64,000 nt of DNA, taken from NCBI GenBank assembly GCA_964057225.1, contig OZ059899.1, positions 20,584,001 to 20,648,000 on the forward strand. Direction: 5' to 3'. The position numbers were made by a program, and so were the translations under genes. Below, in pieces: positions 1 to 10,146 of this stretch. The stretch is from Auanema rhodensis (taxonomy: Eukaryota; Animalia; Nematoda). The notes beneath the pieces are model-generated. The model saw only the letters and a program-made list of their open reading frames with translations. It searched no databases and was not told the origin of the DNA. How positions within the stretch are numbered: the first letter of the stretch is position 1; every line of letters starts with the position of its first letter.

Positions 1-3000
1 CCCATGTACACTCAACATAGCTTCCAAAAACATTTTGACAAAAATTTTTCCGAAAAATTTCGAAATAAATTCGCAAAAAGTAGATGTTTTTAGATTCCTT
101 TTTTCAAGGCAAAGACGATGGACAATGTTATTCATCGAAAAAATTAATTCTGCAGGGTGAAAATCGAGGATATAAGTGTGAACTTATATCAGTTGATATC
201 TCGGTGCATTTTTAAGCTAGCGCAAATCTGATAACAAAGATCGACGCAGCTTAAAAATCCGCATCGAATGCACTATACTACATTGAGAAACGCTTGATAC
301 AAAAATTAGTTATGATCGTTTGAAAAAAGATGCATTAGTGTATGTTGAGTTTCCATGTACACTCAACATTGCTTCCAAAAACATTTTGACAAAAATTTTT
401 CAAAAAATTTCAAAATAATTTCGCAAAAAGTAAATGTTTTTAGATTCTTTTCTCCAAGGCAAAGACGTTGGACAATGTTATTCAACGAAAAAATTAATTC
501 TGCAGGGTGAAAATCGAGGATATAAGTGTGAACTTATATCAGTTGATATCTCGGTGCATTTTTAAGCTAGCGCAAATCTGATAACACAGATCGACGCAGC
601 TTAAAAATCCGCATCGAATGCACTATACTACATTGAAAAACGCTTGATACAAAAATTAGGTATGATCGTTTGAAAAAAGATGCATTAGTGTATGTTGAGT
701 TTCCATGTACACTCAACATTGCTTCCAAAAACATTTTTACAAAAATTTTTCCGAAAAATTTCGAAATAATTTCGCAAAAAGTAGATGTTTTTAGATTCCT
801 TTTTTCAAGGCAAAGACGATGGACAATGTTATTCAACGAAAAAATTATTTCTGCAGGGTGAAAATCGAGGATATAAGTGTGAACTTATATCAGTTGATAT
901 CTCGGTGCAATTTTAAGCTAGCGCAAATCTGATAACACAGATCGACGCAGCTTGAAAATCCGCATCGAATGCACTTTACAACATTGAGAAACGCTTAATA
1001 CAAAACTTAGTTATGATCGTTTGAAAAATGATGCATTAGTGTATGTTGAGTTTCCATGTACACTCAACATTGCTTCCAAAAACATTTTGACAAAAATTTT
1101 TCCGAAAAATTTCGAAAAAATTTCGCAAAAAGTAGATGTTTTTAGATTCCTTTTTTCAAGGCAAAGACGATGGACAATGTTATTCAACGAAAAAATTATT
1201 TCTGCAGGGTGAAAATCGAGGATATAAGTGTGAACTTATATCAGTTGATATCTCGGTGCAATTTTAAGCTAGCGCAAATCTGATAATACAGATCGACGCA
1301 GCTTAAAAATCCGCATCCAATGCACTATACTGCATTGAGAAACGCTTAATACAAAAGTTAGTTATGATCGTTTGAAAAATGATGCATTAGTGTATGTTGA
1401 GTTTCCATGTACACTCAACATTGCTTCCAAAAACATTTTGACAAAAATTTTTCCGAAAAATTTCAAAATAATTTCGCAAAAATTAGATGTTTTTAGATTC
1501 CTTTTTTCAAGGCAAAGACGATGGACAATGTTATTCAACGAAAAAATTAATTCTGCAGGGTGAAAATCGAGGATATAAGTGTGAACTTATATCAGTTGAT
1601 ATCTCGGTGCATTTTTAAGCTAGCGCAAATCTGATAACACAGATCGACGCAGCTTGAAAATCCGCATCGAATGCACTATACAACATTGAGAAACGCTTAA
1701 TACAAAACTTAGTTATGATCGTTTGAAAAATGATGCATTAGTGTATGTTGAGTTTCCATGTACACTCAACATTGCTTCCAAAAACATTTTGACAAAAATT
1801 TTTCCAAAAAATTTCGAAAAAATTTCGCAAAAAGTAGATGTTTTTAGATTCCTTTTTTCAAGGCAAAGACGATGGACAATGTTATTCAACGAAAAAATTA
1901 TTTCTGCAGGGTGAAAATCGAGGATATAAGTGTGAACTTATATCAGTTGATATCTCGGTGCATTTTTAAGCTAGCGCAAATCTGATAACACAGATCGACG
2001 CAGCTTGAAAATCCGCATCGAATGCACTATACAACATTGAGAAACGCTCAATACAAAAATTAGTTATGATCGTTTGAAAAATGATGCATTAGTGTATGTT
2101 GAGTTTCCATGTACACTCAACATTGCTTCCAAAAACATTCTGACAAAAATTTTTCCGAAAAATTTCAAAATAATTTCGCAAAAAGTAGATGTTTTTAGAT
2201 TCCTTTTTTCAAGGCAAAGACGATGGACAATGTTATTCAACGAAAAAATTAATTCTGCAGGGTGAAAATCGAGGATATAAGTGTGAACTTATATCAGTTG
2301 ATATCTCGGTGCATTTTTAAGCTAGCGCAAATCTGATAACACAGATCGACGCAGCTTGAAAATCCGCATCGAATGCACTATACAACATTGAGAAACGCTC
2401 AATACAAAAATTAGTTATGATCGTTTGAAAAATGATGCATTAGTGTATGTTGAGTTTCCATGTACACTCAACATTGCTTCCAAAAACATTCTGACAAAAA
2501 TTTTTCCGAAAAATTTCAAAATAATTTCGCAAAAAGTAGATGTTTTTAGATTCCTTTTTTCAAGGCAAAGACGATGGACAATGTTATTCAACGAAAAAAT
2601 TAATTCTGCAGGGTGAAAATCGAGGATATAAGTGTGAACTTATATTAGTTGATATCTCGGTGCATTTTTAAGCTAGCGCAAATCTGATAACACAGATCGA
2701 CGCAGCTTGAAAATCCGCATCGAATGCACTATACAACATTGAGAAACGCTTAATACAAAACTTAGTTATGATCGTTTGAAAAATGATGCATTAGTGTATG
2801 TTGAGTTTCCATGTACACTCAACATTGCTTCCAAAAACATTTTGACAAAAATTTTTCCGAAAAATTTCGAAAAAATTTCGCAAAAAGTAGATGTTTTTAG
2901 ATTCCTTTTTTCAAGGCAAAGACGATGGACAATGTTATTCAACGAAAAAATTATTTCTGCAGGGTGAAAATCGAGGATATAAGTGTGAACTTATATCAGT

Positions 3001-4201
3001 TGATATCTCGGTGCATTTTTAAGCTAGCGCAAATCTGATAACACAGATCGACGCAGCTTGAAAATCCGCATCGAATGCACTATACAACATTGAGAAACGC
3101 TCAACACAAAAATTAGTTATGATCATTTGAAAAATGATGCATTAGTGTATGTTGAGTTTCCATGTACACTCAACATTGCTTCCAAAAACATTTTGACAAA
3201 AATTTTTCCGAAAAATTTCAAAATAATTTCGCGAAAAGTAGATGTTTTTAGATTCCTTTTTTCAAGGCAAAGACGATGGACAATGTTATTCAACGAAAAA
3301 ATTAATTCTCCAGGGTGAAAATCGAGGATATAAGTGTGAACTTATATCAGTTGATATCTCGGTGCAATTTTAAGCTAGCGCAAATCTGATAATACAGATC
3401 GACGCAGCTTAAAAATCCGCATCGAATGCACTATACTGCATTGAGAAACGCTTAATACAAAAGTTAGTTATGATCGTTTGAAAAATGATGCATTAGTGTA
3501 TGTTGAGTTTCCATGTACACTCAACATTGCTTCCAAAAACATTCTGACAAAAATTTTTCCGAAAAATTTCAAAATAATTTCGCAAAAATTAGATGTTTTT
3601 AGATTCCTTTTTTCAAGGCAAAGACGATGGACAATGTTATTCAACGAAAAAATTAATTCTGCAGGGTGAAAATCGAGGATATAAGTGTGAACTTATATCA
3701 GTTGATATCTCGGTGCATTTTTAAGCTAGCGCAAATCTGATAACACAGATCGACGCAGCTTAAAAATCCGCATCGAATGCACTATACTACATTGAGAAAC
3801 GCTTAATACAAAAGTTAGTTATGATCGTTTGAAAAATGATGCATTAGTGTATGTTGAGTTTCCATGTACACTCAACATTGCTTCCAAAAACATTTTGACA
3901 AAAATTTTTCCGAAAAATTTCAAGATAATTTCGCAAAAATTAGATGTTTTTAGATTCCTTTTTTCAAGGCAAAGACGATGGACAATGTTATTCAACGAAA
4001 AAATTAATTCTGCAGGGTGAAAATCGAGGATATAAGTGTGAACTTATATCAGTTGATATCTCGGTGCATTTTTAAGCTAGCGCAAATCTGATAACACAGA
4101 TCGACGCAGCTTAAAAATCCGCATCGAATGCACTATACAACATTGAGAAACGCTTAATACAAAAGTTAGTTATGATCGTTTGAAAAATGATGCATTAGTG
4201 T

Positions 4202-4229
4202 ATGTTGAGTTTCCATGTACACTCAACAT
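4202..4229. other. Dyad 1 of the monomer: 9-bp inverted repeat with 10-nt spacer
   Basis: ATGTTGAGT (4202-4210) / TTCCATGTAC / ACTCAACAT (4221-4229) are exact reverse complements. Confidence 0.92.
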
Positions 4230-4236
4230 TGCTTCC

Positions 4237-4302
4237 AAAAACATTTTGACAAAAATTTTTCCGAAAAATTTCAAAATAATTTCGCAAAAATTAGATGTTT
4301 TT
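4237..4302. other. Dyad 2 of the monomer: A-tract-rich nested inverted repeat
   Basis: Outer arms AAAAACAT (4237-4244) / ATGTTTTT (4295-4302); inner palindrome AAATTTTTC-C-GAAAAATTT (4253-4271). Low complexity makes chance pairing more likely here. Confidence 0.75.
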
Positions 4303-4379
4303 AGATTCCTTTTTTCAAGGCAAAGACGATGGACAATGTTATTCAACGAAAAAATTAATTCTGCAGGGTGAAAATCGAG

Positions 4380-4401
4380 GATATAAGTGTGAACTTATAT
4401 C
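4380..4401. other. Dyad 3 of the monomer: 9-bp hairpin with GTGA tetraloop
   Basis: GATATAAGT (4380-4388) / GTGA / ACTTATATC (4393-4401). Confidence 0.93.
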
Positions 4402-4414
4402 AGTTGATATCTCG

Positions 4415-4484
4415 GTGCATTTTTAAGCTAGCGCAAATCTGATAACACAGATCGACGCAGCTTAAAAATCCGCATCGAATGCAC
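4415..4484. other. Dyad 4 of the monomer: long imperfect hairpin
   Basis: ATTTTTAAGCT (4419-4429) / AGCTTAAAAAT (4459-4469) is an 11-bp perfect pair enclosing GCG/CGC and ATCTG-ATAACA-CAGAT. An alternative outer pair is GTGCATT (4415) / AATGCAC (4478-4484). Confidence 0.92.
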
Positions 4485-7400
4485 TATACTACATTGAGAA
4501 ACGCTTAATACAAAAGTTAGTTATGATCGTTTGAAAAATGATGCATTAGTGTATGTTGAGTTTCCATGTACACTCAACATTGCTTCCAAAAACATTTTGA
4601 CAAAAATTTTTCCGAAAAATTTCAAGATAATTTCGCAAAAATTAGATGTTTTTAGATTCCTTTTTTCAAGGCAAAGACGATGGACAATGTTATTCAACGA
4701 AAAAATTAATTCTGCAGGGTGAAAATCGAGGATATAAGTGTGAACTTATATCAGTTGATATCTCGGTGCATTTTTAAGCTAGCGCAAATCTGATAACACA
4801 GATCGACGCAGCTTAAAAATCCGCATCGAATACACTATACTACATTGAGAAACGCTTAATACAAAAATTAGTTATGATCGTTTGAAAAATGATGCATTAG
4901 TGTATGTTGAGTTTCCATGTACACTCAACATTGCTTCCAAAAACATTTTGACAAAAATTTTTCCGAAAAATTTCAAGATAATTTCGCAAAAATTAGATGT
5001 TTTTAGATTCCTTTTTTCAAGGCAAAGACGATGGACAATGTTATTCAACGAAAAAATTAATTCTGCAGGGTGAAAATCGAGGATATAAGTGTGAACTTAT
5101 ATCAGTTGATATCTCGGTGCATTTTTAAGCTAGCGCAAATCTGATAACACAGATCGACGCAGCTTAAAAATCCGCATCGAATACACTATACTACATTGAG
5201 AAACGCTTAATACAAAAATTAGTTATGATCGTTTGAAAAATGATGCATTAGTGTATGTTGAGTTTCCATGTACACTCAACATTGCTTCCAAAAACATTTT
5301 TACAAAAATTTTTCCGAAAAATTTCAAAATAATTTCGCAAAAAGTAGATGTTTTTAGATTCCTTTTTTCAAGGCCAAGACGATGGACAATGTTATTCAAC
5401 GAAAAAATTAATTCTGCAGGGTGAAAATCGAGGATATAAGTGTGAACTTATATCAGTTGATATCTCGGTGCATTTTTAAGCTAGCGCAAATCTGATAACA
5501 CAGATCGACGCAGCCTAAAAATCCGCATCGAATGCACTATACTGCATTGAGAAACGCTTAATACAAAAGTTAGTTATGATCGTTTGAAAAATGATGCATT
5601 AGTGTATGTTGAGTTTCCATGTACACTCAACATTGCTTCCAAAAACATTTTGACAAAAATTTTTCCGAAAAATTTTAAAATAATTTCGCAAAAATTAGAT
5701 GTTTTTAGATTCCTTTTTTCAAGGCAAAGACGATGGACAATGTTATTCAACGAAAAAATTAATTCTGCAGGGTGAAAATCGAGGATATAAGTGTGAACTT
5801 ATATCAGTTGATATCTCGGTGCATTTTTAAGCTAGCGCAAATCTGATAACACAGATCGACGCAGCTTAAAAATCCGCATCGAATGCACTATACTACATTG
5901 AGAAACGCTTAATACAAAAATTAGTTATGATCGTTTGAAAAATGATGCATTAGTGTATGTTGAGTTTCCATGTACACTCAACATTGCTTCCAAAAACATT
6001 TTTACAAAAATTTTTCCGAAAAATTTCAAAATAATTTCGCAAAAAGTAGATGTTTTTAGATTCCTTTTTTCAAGGCAAAGACGATGGACAATGTTATTCA
6101 ACGAAAAAATTAATTCTGCAGGGTGAAAATCGAGGATATAAGTGTGAACTTATATCAGTTGATATCTCGGTGCATTTTTAAGCTAGCGCAAATCTGATAA
6201 CACAGATCGACGCAGCTTAAAAATTCGCATCGAATGCACTATACTACATTGAGAAACGCTTAATACAAAAGTTAGTTATGATCGTTTGAAAAATGATGCA
6301 TTAGTGTATGTTGAGTTTCCATGTACACTCAACATTGCTTCCAAAAACATTTTGACAAAAATTTTTCCGAAAAATTTCAAGATAATTTCGCAAAAATTAG
6401 ATGTTTTTAGATTCCTTTTTTCAAGGCAAAGACGATGGACAATGTTATTCAACGAAAAAATTAATTCTGCAGGGTGAAAATCGAGGATATAAGTGTGAAC
6501 TTATATCAGTTGATATCTCGGTGCATTTTTAAGCTAGCGCAAATCTGATAACACAGATAGACGCAGCTTAAAAATCCGCATCGAATACACTATACTACAT
6601 TGAGAAACGCTTAATACAAAAATTAGTTATGATCGTTTGAAAAATGATGCATTAGTGTATGTTGAGTTTCCATGTACACTCAACATTGCTTCCAAAAACA
6701 TTTTGACAAAAATTTTTCCGAAAAATTTCAAGATAATTTCGCAAAAATTAGATGTTTTTAGATTCCTTTTTTCAAGGCAAAGACGATGGACAATGTTATT
6801 CAACGAAAAAATTAATTCTGCAGGGTGAAAATCGAGGATATAAGTGTGAACTTATATCAGTTGATATCTCGGTGCATTTTTAAGCTAGCGCAAATCTGAT
6901 AACACAGATAGACGCAGCTTAAAAATCCGCATCGAATACACTATACTACATTGAGAAACGCTTAATACAAAAATTAGTTATGATCGTTTGAAAAATGATG
7001 CATTAGTGTATGTTGAGTTTCCATGTACACTCAACATTGCTTCCAAAAACATTTTGACAAAAATTTTTCCGAAAAATTTCAAGATAATTTCGCAAAAATT
7101 AGATGTTTTTAGATTCCTTTTTTCAAGGCAAAGACGATGGACAATGTTATTCAACGAAAAAATTAATTCTGCAGGGTGAAAATCGAGGATATAAGTGTGA
7201 ACTTATATCAGTTGATATCTCGGTGCATTTTTAAGCTAGCGCAAATCTGATAACACAGATCGACGCAGCTTAAAAATCCGCATCGAATACACTATACTAC
7301 ATTGAGAAACGCTTAATACAAAAATTAGTTATGATCGTTTGAAAAATGATGCATTAGTGTATGTTGAGTTTCCATGTACACTCAACATTGCTTCCAAAAA

Positions 7401-10146
7401 CATTTTGACAAAAATTTTTCCGAAAAATTTCAAGATAATTTCGCAAAAATTAGATGTTTTTAGATTCCTTTTTTCAAGGCAAAGACGATGGACAATGTTA
7501 TTCAACGAAAAAATTAATTCTGCAGGGTGAAAATCGAGGATATAAGTGTGAACTTATATCAGTTGATATCTCGGTGCATTTTTAAGCTAGCGCAAATCTG
7601 ATAACACAGATCGACGCAGCTTAAAAATCCGCATCGAATACACTATACTACATTGAGAAACGCTTAATACAAAAATTAGTTATGATCGTTTGAAAAATGA
7701 TGCATTAGTGTATGTTGAGTTTCCATGTACACTCAACATTGCTTCCAAAAACATTTTTACAAAAATTTTTCCGAAAAATTTCAAAATAATTTCGCAAAAA
7801 GTAGATGTTTTTAGATTCCTTTTTTCAAGGCCAAGACGATGGACAATGTTATTCAACGAAAAAATTAATTCTGCAGGGTGAAAATCGAGGATATAAGTGT
7901 GAACTTATATCAGTTGATATCTCGGTGCATTTTTAAGCTAGCGCAAATCTGATAACACAGATCGACGCAGCCTAAAAATCCGCATCGAATGCACTATACT
8001 GCATTGAGAAACGCTTAATACAAAAGTTAGTTATGATCGTTTGAAAAATGATGCATTAGTGTATGTTGAGTTTCCATGTACACTCAACATTGCTTCCAAA
8101 AACATTTTGACAAAAATTTTTCCGAAAAATTTTAAAATAATTTCGCAAAAATTAGATGTTTTTAGATTCCTTTTTTCAAGGCAAAGACGATGGACAATGT
8201 TATTCAACGAAAAAATTAATTCTGCAGGGTGAAAATCGAGGATATAAGTGTGAACTTATATCAGTTGATATCTCGGTGCATTTTTAAGCTAGCGCAAATC
8301 TGATAACACAGATCGACGCAGCTTAAAAATCCGCATCGAATGCACTATACTACATTGAGAAACGCTTAATACAAAAATTAGTTATGATCGTTTGAAAAAT
8401 GATGCATTAGTGTATGTTGAGTTTCCATGTACACTCAACATTGCTTCCAAAAACATTTTTACAAAAATTTTTCCGAAAAATTTCAAAATAATTTCGCAAA
8501 AAGTAGATGTTTTTAGATTCCTTTTTCCAAGGCAAAGACGATGGACAATGTTATTCAACGAAAAAATTAATTCTGCAGGGTGAAAATCGAGGATATAAGT
8601 GTGAACTTATATCAGTTGATATCTCGGTGCATTTTTAAGCTAGCGCAAATCTGATAACACAGATCGACGCAGCTTAAAAATTCGCATCGAATGCACTATA
8701 CTACATTGAGAAACGCTTAATACAAAAGTTAGTTATGATCGTTTGAAAAATGATGCATTAGTGTATGTTGAGTTTCCATGTACACTCAACATTGCTTCCA
8801 AAAACATTTTGACAAAAATTTTTCCGAAAAATTTCAAGATAATTTCGCAAAAATTAGATGTTTTTAGATTCCTTTTTTCAAGGCAAAGACGATGGACAAT
8901 GTTATTCAACGAAAAAATTAATTCTGCAGGGTGAAAATCGAGGATATAAGTGTGAACTTATATCAGTTGATATCTCGGTGCATTTTTAAGCTAGCGCAAA
9001 TCTGATAACACAGATAGACGCAGCTTAAAAATCCGCATCGAATACACTATACTACATTGAGAAACGCTTAATACAAAAATTAGTTATGATCGTTTGAAAA
9101 ATGATGCATTAGTGTATGTTGAGTTTCCATGTACACTCAACATTGCTTCCAAAAACATTTTGACAAAAATTTTTCCGAAAAATTTCAAGATAATTTCGCA
9201 AAAATTAGATGTTTTTAGATTCCTTTTTTCAAGGCAAAGACGATGGACAATGTTATTCAACGAAAAAATTAATTCTGCAGGGTGAAAATCGAGGATATAA
9301 GTGTGAACTTATATCAGTTGATATCTCGGTGCATTTTTAAGCTAGCGCAAATCTGATAACACAGATCGACGCAGCTTAAAAATCCGCATCGAATACACTA
9401 TACTACATTGAGAAACGCTTAATACAAAAATTAGTTATGATCGTTTGAAAAATGATGCATTAGTGTATGTTGAGTTTCCATGTACACTCAACATTGCTTC
9501 CAAAAACATTTTGACAAAAATTTTTCCGAAAAATTTCAAGATAATTTCGCAAAAATTAGATGTTTTTAGATTCCTTTTTTCAAGGCAAAGACGATGGACA
9601 ATGTTATTCAACGAAAAAATTAATTCTGCAGGGTGAAAATCGAGGATATAAGTGTGAACTTATATCAGTTGATATCTCGGTGCATTTTTAAGTTAGCGCA
9701 AATCTGATAACACAGATCGACGCAGCTTAAAAATCCGCATCGAATACACTATACTACATTGAGAAACGCTTAATACAAAAATTAGTTATGATCGTTTGAA
9801 AAATGATGCATTAGTGTATGTTGAGTTTCCATGTACACTCAACATTGCTTCCAAAAACATTTTGACAAAAATTTTTCCGAAAAATTTCAAGATAATTTCG
9901 CAAAAATTAGATGTTTTTAGATTCCTTTTTTCAAGGCAAAGACGATGGACAATGTTATTCAACGAAAAAATTAATTCTGCAGGGTGAAAATCGAGGATAT
10001 AAGTGTGAACTTATATCAGTTGATATCTCGGTGCATTTTTAAGCTAGCGCAAATCTGATAACACAGATCGACGCAGCTTAAAAATCCGCATCGAATACAC
10101 TATACTACATTGAGAAACGCTTAATACAAAAATTAGTTATGATCGT

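Larger units (their letters stand above)
4180..4530 (+). repeat. Representative 351-bp monomer (arbitrary phase)
   Basis: Runs from TTGAAAAATGATGCATTAGTG to GTTAGTTATGATCGT; the next copy starts at 4531. Confidence 0.97.
3478..10146. repeat. Variant domain B: very homogeneous monomers containing a 7-monomer (2457-bp) duplication
   Basis: Marked by AAAATTAGAT, TTCAAGATAA and GAATACACT variants. Rare variants (AGGCCAAG, GCAGCCTAA, AAATTCGCAT, AGATAGACG) recur at +2457, e.g. monomers 5233/7690, 5584/8041, 6286/8743. Confidence 0.88.

Noticed and set aside
4261-4295. CENP-B box
   Set aside because: TTCG is present but the required TTCG-N4-A-N2-CGGG pattern is not.
4380-4425. Bacterial intrinsic terminator or TATA promoter after the ORF
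   Set aside because: The stem is AT-rich with no adjacent U-tract, TATAA matches are expected by chance, and the context is non-genic satellite.
4436-4505. Satellite-encoded hammerhead ribozyme (CTGATAA ... GAAAC), as in newt, schistosome and cave-cricket satellites
   Set aside because: The core needs CUGANGA; here it is CTGATAA, which loses the C3-G8 pair, and I could not build stems I-III. The minus strand gives CTGATAT. An Infernal/Rfam search would settle it.
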